Assembly: GCA_965651205.1 (NCBI GenBank)
Contig: CBFGRM010000005.1
Location: forward strand, 6,677-70,676
DNA from: an uncultured bacterium
GTDB taxonomy: Bacteria; Gemmatimonadota; Gemmatimonadetes; Gemmatimonadales; GWC2-71-9
DNA: 64,000 bases
Reading direction: 5' to 3'
Of this stretch, positions 39,486 through 51,238 are shown piece by piece. Position 1 is the first letter of the stretch, and every line of letters begins with the position of its first letter. The notes beneath the pieces are model-generated. The model was not told the DNA's origin. It saw only the letters and a program-made list of their open reading frames with translations, and searched no databases. The translations under genes and the position numbers were made by a program.

Positions 39486-39755
39486 ATGTCCCTGCGATTG
39501 GTGGACAGTTTCCCACTCGAGATGGGTGACTCCGGAATTGTGCGCTTTCCGGGCTTCGCCACCAGGTCGTCTGGCGGCTTCTGTCTGGCCGACGCCTCCC
39601 AATCCCGGATTTTCGTGCTTGATAGTCGAGGCAACCAATTGACGGTACCAGGTCGCAGGAGTGAGGGCTGCGGTGAACTGCTGAACCCGAGATTCCTTTC
39701 GGTTGCGGGAGACGGGCTATGGGTGCACGATGCGGATTCAGGCCGACGTGGACCT
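39486..39755 (+). pseudogene. Probable remnant of a beta-propeller lipoprotein paralogous to 4629-5702
   Basis: The translation FCLADASQSRIFVLDSRGNQLTVPGRRSEGCGELLNPRFLSVAGDGLWVHDADSGR aligns by eye with LALLDSDQRAVVIVSAEGAVLSSLGRQGEGPGEFTFPVYLGRCAADSLFVWDMAQSR of the 4629-5702 product. There is no signal peptide, only about one and a half repeats are present, and the frame then runs into junk overlapping the permease gene. Confidence 0.35.
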
Positions 39756-39795
39756 TGGCGAGGCTGGTGCAGCATCCAGCCCGGCCCCCGGGGCG

Positions 39796-41118
39796 CTACA
39801 TCCCAGCCCCATCCTCTTCCACTCCCACGATCCACGTCAGCAGCGCCCCGATCCCCAGCGTAACGGCGCCGCCGACGGCTTCCATCGGCCGGTCGCGGAT
39901 CACCACGATCACCGTCCACATCGAGAAGGCGACGAAGAACAGCGGCGTCCACGGATAGCCCCAGGCCCGCCAAGGCCTGGGCAGGTCGGGTTCCCGCCGG
40001 CGCAGCACCATCACACCCACCACCGCCAGCATCGCGAACAGAGTCAGCGTGAATCCGGCATAGGTGAGCACGCCCTCGAACGAATCGGTGAGCACGAAGG
40101 CCAATGCCAGCGCCCCCTGCAGCAGCACCGCCCGACTCGGTGCCCCGGTCGCCGTGCGCTCCGCCAGCGGCCTGAGCGCCGGCAGGTCCCTGGCCATCGC
40201 CTCGACCACCCGCGGCCCCGCAAGCGTCATCGCGCTCACCGTCGACACCAGCAGCAGCGCGATCACCCCACTCATCAACCTGCCACCCGACGAACCGAAG
40301 ATCCGCTCGGCAGCAACCGCACCCACCTCGACCACGTCGAAAAGATCGGCCAGCGGCGTGGTCCGCAGGAAGATCCAGTTGAGTGCCACGTAGAGCACCG
40401 TCACCAGCAGCGTGCCCAGCACCAGCGCGCGAGGTACGGTACGCTCGGCCTCGCGAACCTCGCCCTGGAAATATGCCGCGGCGTTGAAGCCGGAATATGC
40501 GTATGACACGTAGATCAGCGAGATCGCGAACGGTGCCGAAAGCACCTGGGCCAGCGATGACTCGCCGGGGACAAAGGTCATCTCCGTGACCGGGCCTGCC
40601 AGCAAGCCTGCACCGATGAATGCGACGATCAAGAGCACCTTGATCGCGGTGATCATCACCTGGACCCTGCCACCGGTGGCAGGAGCCAGGAGGTGGATGC
40701 CAGTCACTGCCACAATTACCAGGATGCCGAGCAGTCGCGACGGGATCCCCACCAGCGGCCCGGCGTAGCGGCCGATCGCCATCGCCGCCAGCGCAACCGG
40801 TGCCGCGAAGCCCACCGCGATGGACACCCAGCCCGCCACCGTGCCCAGGCCAGAGTGGTAGATCCGGCCCAGGAACCGATACTCGCCGCCGGAGCCGCGG
40901 ATCGCGGCGGCCAGTTCGCCGTACGACAGCGCCCCGGCCATCGCGATCAGGCCGCCGATCAACCAGATCACCAGCAGCGCGAAGCCGTCGGTGATGCCTG
41001 CCGCCACCTGCAGGCCCAGCGTGGTGAACACGCCGGTACCGATGATGTTGGCCACCACAGTGGCGAGCGCGGCGGCGAAGCCGAGGGTTCTGTGGCTGGC
41101 TGATCCGGGAGTGGTCAC
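39796..41118 (-). CDS. APC-superfamily amino acid permease
   Basis: 440 aa and about 12 hydrophobic helices. The N-terminal signature is TVVANIIGTGVFTTLG. The overlapping 606-aa track ORF is an Arg/Gly-rich shadow frame. Confidence 0.85.
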   Translation of the reverse strand: MTTPGSASHRTLGFAAALATVVANIIGTGVFTTLGLQVAAGITDGFALLVIWLIGGLIAMAGALSYGELAAAIRGSGGEYRFLGRIYHSGLGTVAGWVSIAVGFAAPVALAAMAIGRYAGPLVGIPSRLLGILVIVAVTGIHLLAPATGGRVQVMITAIKVLLIVAFIGAGLLAGPVTEMTFVPGESSLAQVLSAPFAISLIYVSYAYSGFNAAAYFQGEVREAERTVPRALVLGTLLVTVLYVALNWIFLRTTPLADLFDVVEVGAVAAERIFGSSGGRLMSGVIALLLVSTVSAMTLAGPRVVEAMARDLPALRPLAERTATGAPSRAVLLQGALALAFVLTDSFEGVLTYAGFTLTLFAMLAVVGVMVLRRREPDLPRPWRAWGYPWTPLFFVAFSMWTVIVVIRDRPMEAVGGAVTLGIGALLTWIVGVEEDGAGM

Positions 41119-41208
41119 GCTCGGGAAGATAGGCTGGGCACTTGTGGTGCGCCGAGGGGTGGCCTAGCGTCCGTTGCTTCCGAACCCACACTCCAGCAGG
41201 ATGCCGCG

Positions 41209-42591
41209 ATGTCGACACCACCCGATTCTCGCCCGCTCAGCCGCAGGGAGCTGCTCAAGATCGCCAGTGCAGCCGGCGTTGCCGGCACAGCTCTCGCCGC
41301 CACCAGCCGTACCATCGCCGCAGCGGAGCCACCGCGATCACTTGCCCACGGTTCCACGATGATGGGAGTGCCGTTCGAGCCCCATCGCACCGTGCGCCTG
41401 GCCATCGTGGGCACCGGACTTCGCGGCACCTCGGTGCTCCGCGAGTGGCTGGCGGTCGATGGCGTGACCATCACGGCGCTGGCGGACATCGTCCCCGAAA
41501 AGGCCCGCAGGGCCGCCGCACTGGTGGAGGCGGCCGGCCAGCCCGCGCCGACGCTGTACACCAATGGTGAACGCGACTTCGAACGACTGGTCCAGCGCGA
41601 CGACATCGACATCGTCTATACCGCCACACCCTGGGACTGGCACGTGCCGGTGTGTCTCGCGGCGATGAACGCCGGCAAGCACGCCGCCACCGAGGTGCCT
41701 GCTGCCACCACGCTTGAGGACTGCTGGGAACTGGTGCGGGTCTCCGAGGCGACAAGGCGGCATTGCCTGATGATGGAGAACTGCAACTACAACTTCAACG
41801 AGATGCTGCTCGACCGGATGGTCAAGGAAGGCGTCTTCGGCGAGATCCTATACGCGGAGGCGGCATACATCCACGACCTGCGTGAGCTGCTGTTCGAGGA
41901 CAGGGACGAGGGACTCTGGCGCCGCAAGCCGCACACCGAGCGCGATGGCAACTTCTACCCCACGCACGGACTGGGGCCGGTGGCGTGGTACCTCGACATC
42001 CACAAGGGGGACCGATTCGACTACCTGGTGTCGATGTCCACCCCCGAACGCGGACTCAGCAACTGGCGCGAGGAGCACGTGCCCCGCGATTCGGCCAAGT
42101 GGAACGAGCGCTACATCGCCGGCGATCTCAACACTTCGCTCATCAAGACAATTCGCGGCCGCAACATCCTGCTGCAACACAACGTGACGCTGCCCACGCC
42201 CTACACCCGGCTCAACGCGGTGCGCGGCACCAGGGGAGCATTCGAGGACTTCCCCGCCCGCTTTTATGTCGAGGGCGAGGGCCGCTCCCACGCCTGGCGC
42301 ACCATCGATGAGGAGACTCGCGCCAAGTACACGCATCCCCTGTGGCAGCGGATCGGCGACATCGCCCGAGCCAAGGGAGGTCACGGCGGGATGGACTACA
42401 TAATGGCCTACCGGTTGATCGAGACGATGCGAGAGGGACTGGTGCCCGACTTCGATGTCTACGACGCTGCGGCCTGGTCGGCACCCTGGCCGCTCAGCGA
42501 GGCGTCGCTGGCACTGTCCAGCGCGCCGGTGCGGTTCCCGGACTTCACCCGCGGCGGGTGGCAACGGCAGGCAACCTCGGAGGGCGAGTGA
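41209..42591 (+). CDS. Tat-exported Gfo/Idh/MocA-family NAD-dependent enzyme, GH109-like
   Basis: It has a twin-arginine signal (SRRELLKIASAAGVAGTALAA), a Rossmann motif (LAIVGTGLRGTS) and HCLMMENCNY. At about 460 aa, its architecture is typical of GH109-type proteins. Confidence 0.75.
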   Translation: MSTPPDSRPLSRRELLKIASAAGVAGTALAATSRTIAAAEPPRSLAHGSTMMGVPFEPHRTVRLAIVGTGLRGTSVLREWLAVDGVTITALADIVPEKARRAAALVEAAGQPAPTLYTNGERDFERLVQRDDIDIVYTATPWDWHVPVCLAAMNAGKHAATEVPAATTLEDCWELVRVSEATRRHCLMMENCNYNFNEMLLDRMVKEGVFGEILYAEAAYIHDLRELLFEDRDEGLWRRKPHTERDGNFYPTHGLGPVAWYLDIHKGDRFDYLVSMSTPERGLSNWREEHVPRDSAKWNERYIAGDLNTSLIKTIRGRNILLQHNVTLPTPYTRLNAVRGTRGAFEDFPARFYVEGEGRSHAWRTIDEETRAKYTHPLWQRIGDIARAKGGHGGMDYIMAYRLIETMREGLVPDFDVYDAAAWSAPWPLSEASLALSSAPVRFPDFTRGGWQRQATSEGE

Positions 42592-44354
42592 GTCCCAACC
42601 TGCTAGACTGGAGCATCGTCATCGGCTCCATCCTGATCTGCTTCGTACCGGCGCTGTGGATGGCGCGTCGCGCCGGACAGAGCACCGCGGAGTTCTTCAC
42701 CAGTGGCCGAGCCGCACCGTGGTGGCTGATCGGCGTGTCGATGGTCGCCACCACCTTCAGCACCGACACGCCCAACCTGGTCACCGACCTGGTGCGCACC
42801 GGCGGGGTCGCCAACAACTGGCAGTGGTGGGCGTTCCTGCTGACCGGTATGGCGACGGTGTTCTTCTTTGCGCGGCTGTGGCGACGCTCGGGAGTGCTCA
42901 CCGATCTCGAGTTCTACGAACTGCGCTACAGCGGCAAACCGGCGTCGCTGGTCCGCGGTTTCCGCGCCATCTATCTGGGCCTGTTCTTCAACTGCTTCAT
43001 TATGGCTTCGGTCAACCTCGCCGCGGCCAAGATCGCCAACATCGTCCTCGGCTGGCCGATGGGGCAGACGCTGATCATTTGTGCCGTGCTCAACATCATA
43101 TTCGCGGCCACGGGTGGCCTCTGGGGAGTGATGTATGTCGACCTGATCCAGTTCGGCATCGCGATGGTTGGTGCGTTCTCGGTGGCATACTTCGCCCTGG
43201 CCCAACCCGAGGTGGGTGGACTGGCCGGGCTGGTGGAGCGGCTGCCGGCCGAGACGCTGGCCCTGGTGCCCGACTTCGGCAACTGGGGTGTCGCACTCTC
43301 GATATTCGTGATCCCGCTCACGGTCCAGTGGTGGTCGGTATGGTATCCCGGAGCCGAACCCGGCGGCGGATCATACGTGGCCCAGAGGATGCTGGCCGCC
43401 AAGTCGGAACGCGACGCACTGGCCGGCACGCTGCTGTTCAACGCCGCCCACTACGCACTCCGCTCGTGGCCCTGGATTGTCGTCGCACTGGCGTCGCTGC
43501 TGGTGTACCCCGATCTCGACAGCATCCGGGCGGCATTCCCGCACGTCGACCCGCGCCTGGTGGGCCACGACCTCGCCTATCCCGCGATGCTCGGCTTCCT
43601 GCCTCACGGTTTCCTCGGGCTGATGATCGCCGGAATGCTGGCAGCATACGTGTCGACGCTGGTTACCCACCTCAACTGGGGCGCCTCATACCTGGTGCAC
43701 GACTTCTGGCGCCGGTTCGCCGCACCGGGTCGGAGCGAGGCACACTACGTCGCCGCCGGGCGCGTTGTGACCGTGTTGCTGATGGTCTTCGCCGCCGGAC
43801 TCACCTTCGTGCTCGACACCGCCCAGCAAGCCTTCCAGTTGCTGCTGTCCATCGGTGCGGGCACCGGTTTGCTGTACCTGCTGCGCTGGTTCTGGTGGCG
43901 CATCAACGCGTGGTGCGAGATCGTCGCGATGGTGGCCTCGTTCGTGACGGCAATCGGCTTCTTCATCGCCCAGAAGCAGGGCGCCGCCATTCCGGCTCAC
44001 GTGGTCCTGCTCTCCACGGTGGCAATCACCTCGCTGGCGTGGATCACCACCGCAATTGTCACCCGTCCCGAGCCGCAGGAAACCCTGGAACGGTTCTACC
44101 GCCAGGTCCGTCCGGCAGGCCCCGGCTGGCGCAAGTTGCGTGAGGAGACCGGCCTGCCACCGTCACCCGACTCGCTCCCCCAGGCGTTCCTGGCCTGGAC
44201 CCTCGGCTGCCTCGCCGTCTACGGGGCCCTGTTCGGCACCGGCTCGTGGCTGTACGGTCACACCACCACGGCGGTGTTCTGGACTGCAGTGACGGTGATC
44301 ACCACTGCCTGGTTGGTGCGCCTCGTCCCGCGACTGTGGCAGGGCAGCGCGTGA
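42588..44354 (+). CDS. Sodium:solute symporter (SSS) family transporter
   Basis: GTG 42588 sits in a GTGA overlap with the upstream stop. It has FFTSGRAAPWWLIGVSMVATTFSTDTPNLV and many TM helices. The upstream part of the track ORF is a shadow frame. Confidence 0.85.
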   Translation: MSPNLLDWSIVIGSILICFVPALWMARRAGQSTAEFFTSGRAAPWWLIGVSMVATTFSTDTPNLVTDLVRTGGVANNWQWWAFLLTGMATVFFFARLWRRSGVLTDLEFYELRYSGKPASLVRGFRAIYLGLFFNCFIMASVNLAAAKIANIVLGWPMGQTLIICAVLNIIFAATGGLWGVMYVDLIQFGIAMVGAFSVAYFALAQPEVGGLAGLVERLPAETLALVPDFGNWGVALSIFVIPLTVQWWSVWYPGAEPGGGSYVAQRMLAAKSERDALAGTLLFNAAHYALRSWPWIVVALASLLVYPDLDSIRAAFPHVDPRLVGHDLAYPAMLGFLPHGFLGLMIAGMLAAYVSTLVTHLNWGASYLVHDFWRRFAAPGRSEAHYVAAGRVVTVLLMVFAAGLTFVLDTAQQAFQLLLSIGAGTGLLYLLRWFWWRINAWCEIVAMVASFVTAIGFFIAQKQGAAIPAHVVLLSTVAITSLAWITTAIVTRPEPQETLERFYRQVRPAGPGWRKLREETGLPPSPDSLPQAFLAWTLGCLAVYGALFGTGSWLYGHTTTAVFWTAVTVITTAWLVRLVPRLWQGSA

Positions 44355-45169
44355 CCCCGGAGGCGTTCACTGCCGTGGTGCTTGCCCGCGGACTCGGCAC
44401 CCGGATGCGGCGCGACGACGGCACCGCAGGACTCGATGCCGGTCAGCACGCCGCAGCAGCGGCTGGCCTCAAGTCGATGATCCCCGACGGCCTGGGCCGA
44501 CCGTTTCTGGATCACATCCTGTCGTCACTCGCTGACGGTGGCGTGCGGCGCGTGATCCTGGTGGTGGCTCCCGACCACGACACGATCAGCGACCACTACA
44601 AGGCCAACCCGCCGCAACGGGTTGCCATCGAGTATGCGGTGCAACACCAACCGCTCGGCACCGCCGATGCCCTGCTGTCCGCAGAGCATCTGGTGGGCGA
44701 TTCACCCTTTCTCGCCCTCAACAGCGACAATCTTTACCCGGTCGCCGCGATCCGCTCACTGGTTGCGCTGGGCGAACCGGGACTCGTGGCCTTCGACCGA
44801 ACTGCGTTGAGCCGGCTCGGCAACATCCAGCCGGAACGGGTGGCCGCCTTCGCGATGATCAGGATGGACGGCAGTGGCGCACTGCGCGAACTGATCGAAA
44901 AGCCCGACCCCAGGGACCTGGAGCGTTTCGGCAGCAATTGGGTGAGTATGAACCTGTGGCGATTCGATGCCGGGATATTCTCGTGTTGTCGCGATGTACC
45001 GCAATCGCCTCGCGGCGAACGCGAATTGCCCGAGGCAGTGATGCTGGGCGTGTCGCGTGGACTGGTGTTTCGTGCGGTCACGATGCACGCCGCCGTGCTG
45101 GATCTCTCCAACCGCGGTGACGTTGCCGAAGTGGCGTCCCGACTCGCCGACGCCCACCCCAACCCGTGA
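44351..45169 (+). CDS. Sugar-1-phosphate nucleotidylyltransferase (NTP-transferase fold)
   Basis: GTG 44351 sits in a GTGA overlap. It has AVVLARGLGTRMRR (GxGTR signature) and YAVQHQPLGTADAL. Confidence 0.8.
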   Translation: MTPEAFTAVVLARGLGTRMRRDDGTAGLDAGQHAAAAAGLKSMIPDGLGRPFLDHILSSLADGGVRRVILVVAPDHDTISDHYKANPPQRVAIEYAVQHQPLGTADALLSAEHLVGDSPFLALNSDNLYPVAAIRSLVALGEPGLVAFDRTALSRLGNIQPERVAAFAMIRMDGSGALRELIEKPDPRDLERFGSNWVSMNLWRFDAGIFSCCRDVPQSPRGERELPEAVMLGVSRGLVFRAVTMHAAVLDLSNRGDVAEVASRLADAHPNP

Positions 45170-46422
45170 GCGATCCCTGGTCGGTCGCCACAAGGCAGTT
45201 TGCGCTGCGCTTCGGTGATCGCACCGGCTGCAGGTCGTGGTTCGTGCCCGGAAGGATCGAGGTGTTCGGCAAGCACGTCGACTACGGTGGTGGTCGCTCG
45301 TTGCTCGCCGCAATCGATCGCGGCTTTCACATCGTGGCTCGGCCGCGGACCGATCGCCGTGTCCACCTGCTCGACGCCCGCTCGCGACAGACCTTCAGCG
45401 GTGTGCTCGATCCCGATCTCGAACAACGGCCCGCCACCTGGAGCGCGTATCCGGTGACGGTGCTCCGCCGACTGGCACGCGACTTCCCCGATGCGGCCAT
45501 CGGGATGGACGCGGTAATCGTTTCCACTCTGCCATCGGCGGCGGGCTTGTCCTCGTCCAGCGCGCTGGTGATCGCGACACTGCTGCCGTTGGTCAGCTTC
45601 AACCGACTGGATCGGAATCCCCTCTGGCGCGAGCACTGTGGCAGCAACGAGAAACTGGCCGACTATGCCGGTGCAACGGAGAACGGTCGAGCCCTGGGCC
45701 CCTTCCCCGCCGACTTCGGCGTGGGGACTCACGGCGGCTCACAGGATCACGCCGCAATCCTCTGCTGCACGGCAGGTCACCTGGCCCGGATACGGTTCAG
45801 GCCCACCAGGGTGGAACAGCAGGTGCCCTTTCCCGATGACTGGTGCTTCGTGATCGCATCGTGCGGAATCCCCGCTCCAAAAGGTGGTGCGGTTCAGAAC
45901 CGCTACAACGCGCTCGCACACGAAGCCAGTGCGCTGATCGAGGCCTGGGGTGACGAACGGATCACTTCGCTGCTGGAGATACTTCGCCAACCGGATGGCG
46001 AGGCAAACCTGATCCGCGTGCTGGCCGGGCGTCCAGACGGTGATCGTCTCTCGTCGCGACTGGCGCAATTCCGCGAGGAGACCACCGAACTGATTCCGGA
46101 CGCGGCTGCGGCACTGGAACGCGGTGATGCTGACGGATTCGGGGCCGCGGTGCGGCGTTCACACGCGCTCGGCGACGCGGTGCTCGCCAACCAGATCGAC
46201 GCGACCCGATTCCTCGCCCGACTGGCCGATGAGCTGGGGGCGTTCGGTGCCTCGGGGTTCGGCGCCGGGTTTGGCGGCAGTGTCTACGCCGTGGTGGACC
46301 GGGATCGGGGCGACCTGCTCCGCGACTCGTGGCAGAGCCGCTACCAGCAGGAATTCCCCGGCCCCGCGGAACGAGCCGAGTTTTTTGTGGCCAGGCCGGT
46401 TGCGGGCGCTCACGAGATTTGA
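45166..46422 (+). CDS. GHMP-family sugar kinase (galactokinase-like anomeric kinase)
   Basis: GTG 45166 sits in a GTGA overlap. It has a galactokinase-type signature (PGRIEVFGKHVDYGGG) and GHMP motif II (STLPSAAGLSSSSALV), and ends GFGAGFGGSVYAVV. Confidence 0.8.
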   Translation: MSDPWSVATRQFALRFGDRTGCRSWFVPGRIEVFGKHVDYGGGRSLLAAIDRGFHIVARPRTDRRVHLLDARSRQTFSGVLDPDLEQRPATWSAYPVTVLRRLARDFPDAAIGMDAVIVSTLPSAAGLSSSSALVIATLLPLVSFNRLDRNPLWREHCGSNEKLADYAGATENGRALGPFPADFGVGTHGGSQDHAAILCCTAGHLARIRFRPTRVEQQVPFPDDWCFVIASCGIPAPKGGAVQNRYNALAHEASALIEAWGDERITSLLEILRQPDGEANLIRVLAGRPDGDRLSSRLAQFREETTELIPDAAAALERGDADGFGAAVRRSHALGDAVLANQIDATRFLARLADELGAFGASGFGAGFGGSVYAVVDRDRGDLLRDSWQSRYQQEFPGPAERAEFFVARPVAGAHEI

Positions 46423-46506
46423 AGGGGTGGTGCCAGGCCGGAGGGGTCCGGCTTTGCCGAGTGGGCTGTTTGTGGCTAGGATTCAGGCGGCTCCACTTGA
46501 GGTTCA

Positions 46507-48621
<2,115 letters not shown>

Positions 48622-48678
48622 CCCTTAGTTGCCCGGAGACACCGTCCGATACTCGGCACTCCCATTCAGGAGGAGCCG

Positions 48679-50283
48679 ATGCCCAATCAGTCGAAGCCTA
48701 TCCTCTCAGTTCTGCCGTTGATGGCCCTGCTCTGGGCCTGCAGTGATTCACCCACCGACACTCCGCCGCCCGAGGAATGCACCGTTGTCGCGGTCGGCAT
48801 CAGTGGCGCCGTAACCGAACTCACCGTCGGTGCCACTGCCCAACTCACCGGCAACGTCACCAGCAGCAACTGCGATCCCGTGCCGACCGTCACGTGGACC
48901 ACCTCCTCGGCCGCGATCGCAACCGTAAGCAACAGCGGCCTGGTAACCGCGGTTGGACTCGGCGAGGTGACGATCACCGCCGCAGCCGGTGGCAAGAGTG
49001 ACAATGCTGTCATCGAAGTCACCGCGATCCCGATCGCCGAGATTCGCATCGCCCCCGAAAACATCAAGATCGCCGAGGGTCGCGGTCATCAACTCGTCGC
49101 TGAAGCCCTGGACGACGGTGGCGAGACGATTTCCGGCGTCACGTTCACGTGGAGCAGCGACAGCCCCGGCGATGTCGAGGTGGATGAGAACGGCACGGTT
49201 ACCGGGCTCACTGCCAACGGAAACGCCACAATCACCGCCACCGCCGAGGGCGTCACCGGTGAGGCCACTGTCGAGGTGGTGCGCTCCAGGCTGGCGTTTA
49301 TGTGGAACCACGATGCCGATGCCACTGGACTCCACGATCCCGATTCAGAGTACTCCTACAACTCGCTCGCCGGTGTCAACACCATCAGTCACGGTGCGGG
49401 CAATGACGGACTCTATTCCGCCACCTTCGGTGGTCAGGAGCGGGTGAGCCCGGAAACCGAGGCGATATTCGTCAGCGGCTATGACCTCGCTGGCGGCAGC
49501 TACTGCAACCAGTGGAACTGGTCCGAGACAACACTCAGCCTCCGCTGCTTCGACGCGGCCGGCAACCTCGCCAACGCCAGATGGACGGCCGCCCACATCT
49601 CGGCAACGGCCTTCCCGGGCAGGTTCGGGTTCGCCTGGTATTCCAGCCCCGAAGCATCGGGCAATCCCTCGCAGGCGTACAGCTTCAACTCTTCCGGTGG
49701 CCGGATTCTCGGAGTCCGGATGGGCGAGGGAGTCTATCGGATCAGCTTCGAGGGCCTGAAGCGCAGCGACGACAGCCAGCGGGAGAGCGTCATCGTCAAC
49801 GCCTACGCCAGTCAGGCGACCTGCCAGGTGGGGGGTTGGAACCTGACGGGGGATCAGGTGCCCGATGAGATGGTCATCGAGGTGCGCTGCTTCGGCCCCG
49901 ATGGCGCGCCGATGAACTCACGGTTCACCGTTCTGCTGGTGGAGCAGCCCAGGGAAGATGCCCAAATGGTGTTTGCCCTGGCCGATCAGCCGACGACGGC
50001 GGCGTACTCGCCGGACAATGGTGCCGTGCTGCCAACCGGCGACGTGACCATCAACCGCTCCGCGGTGGGCAAGTACACGGTGCACTTCTTCGGGTTCCAC
50101 CGCACCGGCGATTTCGAGGAGACCTTCCTTATCTCCGCCGTCGGAGATGATCCTGCCCGCTGTCACGTTGACCAGTGGGCGAACACCTCGACTCCCGGTG
50201 GTACGACCACCGTGTGGGTGGAATGTTTCGATCCGGACGGGGTAGCCAAGGACTCGCCGTTCTCGCTCCTGGGACTGCAGTAA
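48679..50283 (+). CDS. Lipoprotein with two bacterial Ig-like (Big_2) domains and a C-terminal beta-rich domain
   Basis: AGGAGG lies upstream of ATG 48679. Lipobox LMALLWAC-SDS. There are two Big_2-like units (VGATAQLTGNV...VTAVGLGEVTITAAAGG; GRGHQLVAEAL...VTGLTANGNATITATAEG). Confidence 0.8.
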   Translation: MPNQSKPILSVLPLMALLWACSDSPTDTPPPEECTVVAVGISGAVTELTVGATAQLTGNVTSSNCDPVPTVTWTTSSAAIATVSNSGLVTAVGLGEVTITAAAGGKSDNAVIEVTAIPIAEIRIAPENIKIAEGRGHQLVAEALDDGGETISGVTFTWSSDSPGDVEVDENGTVTGLTANGNATITATAEGVTGEATVEVVRSRLAFMWNHDADATGLHDPDSEYSYNSLAGVNTISHGAGNDGLYSATFGGQERVSPETEAIFVSGYDLAGGSYCNQWNWSETTLSLRCFDAAGNLANARWTAAHISATAFPGRFGFAWYSSPEASGNPSQAYSFNSSGGRILGVRMGEGVYRISFEGLKRSDDSQRESVIVNAYASQATCQVGGWNLTGDQVPDEMVIEVRCFGPDGAPMNSRFTVLLVEQPREDAQMVFALADQPTTAAYSPDNGAVLPTGDVTINRSAVGKYTVHFFGFHRTGDFEETFLISAVGDDPARCHVDQWANTSTPGGTTTVWVECFDPDGVAKDSPFSLLGLQ

Positions 50284-50298
50284 TTCAGCACCAAACAC

Positions 50299-50340
50299 GA
50301 TGCCCCGCCGACCGTCGCAGGTCGGCGGGGCATCTTGTCT
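50299..50340. terminator. Rho-independent, probably bidirectional terminator
   Basis: gatgccccgccgacc-gtcgca-ggtcggcggggcatc (15-bp stem) followed by ttgtctt. It sits between the Big_2 gene (+) and the 3' end of tRNA-Pro (-). Confidence 0.7.
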
Positions 50341-50342
50341 TA

Positions 50343-50416
<74 letters not shown>

Positions 50417-50491
50417 TTCCGGTCGACGAAGGTAGCGGGAACAGGGGGAACGGGGCAACCATTCACCACCTTTGTCCCGGGAGAATCGGAG

Positions 50492-51136
50492 ATGTCCCTG
50501 CCGCTCGAGTTCCAACTCGAAGAAGGCCCCGCCGGTGGTCCACTGCTGGTGTTGTTGCACGGACGTGGCGCGGACGAGCGCGACCTCGCACCACTGGGCC
50601 GGATGCTGGCACCCACCGCAACCGTGGTGTCGCCCCGAGCGCCCTTTCCCGGCCGTCCCTGGGGCTACGGACCCGGCTGGGCGTGGTACCGCTTCATCGG
50701 GGGTACCACCCCGGAACCCGAGTCATTCGAGGCGGGTCAGGAAACGCTGGCCACCTTCCTTCGCGACCTGCCGGCCACCCTGGGTCGCAGCGCTTCGCCT
50801 CTGCTCGTCGGCGGATTCTCGCAGGGTGGCACTTCGTCGCTGGCGTGGTCGCTCAGGCATCCGGGCAGCGCCGCCGGGATCCTGGTTTTTTCCGGATTCA
50901 TCGCCGATCACCCGTCGGTGCGGGTCACCAGCGAGACGGTGGCTGGAACGCCAATCTGGTGGGGACACGGCACCGCCGACGGCTCAGTACCGTTTGCGCA
51001 CGCCGAGGTGGGATGGGAGACTCTCAAGGCGGCAGGCGCAGAGCTCGAGTCACATCCCTTCGAGGGGATGGGTCACACCATCGGTCGGCCGGCGGCGAAC
51101 AGCGCCCGGCAGTTCATCGCGAGGCTGATTTCGTGA
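50492..51136 (+). CDS. Phospholipase/carboxylesterase-family alpha/beta hydrolase
   Basis: It has LLVLLHGRGADERDL and the nucleophile elbow GGFSQGG. The C-terminal HGTADGSVPF...GMGHTI supplies the Asp/His context. Confidence 0.85.
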   Translation: MSLPLEFQLEEGPAGGPLLVLLHGRGADERDLAPLGRMLAPTATVVSPRAPFPGRPWGYGPGWAWYRFIGGTTPEPESFEAGQETLATFLRDLPATLGRSASPLLVGGFSQGGTSSLAWSLRHPGSAAGILVFSGFIADHPSVRVTSETVAGTPIWWGHGTADGSVPFAHAEVGWETLKAAGAELESHPFEGMGHTIGRPAANSARQFIARLIS

Positions 51137-51163
51137 ATCAGTCCAGCCCGACGTGAATGCCGA

Positions 51164-51197
51164 ACGGGGGACGGCATCCGCAGATGTCGTCCCCCGT
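51164..51197. terminator. Long hairpin between the esterase gene and the tRNA-Thr 3' end (terminator-like)
   Basis: A 15-bp stem (acgggggacggcatc / gatgtcgtcccccgt, one G-T pair) with a cgca loop, paired base by base. There is no clear U-tract. Confidence 0.45.
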
Positions 51198-51238
51198 CCC
51201 GATTCGTGTCACAGTGCCCGTATGCATCGCCGGGAGAG

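Noticed and set aside
39401-41221. 606-aa minus-strand ORF, the longest ORF at this locus
   Set aside because: It is an Arg/Gly/Pro/His-rich low-complexity translation, typical of an out-of-frame read in GC-rich DNA. The 440-aa frame (39796-41118) gives a clean 12-helix APC permease.
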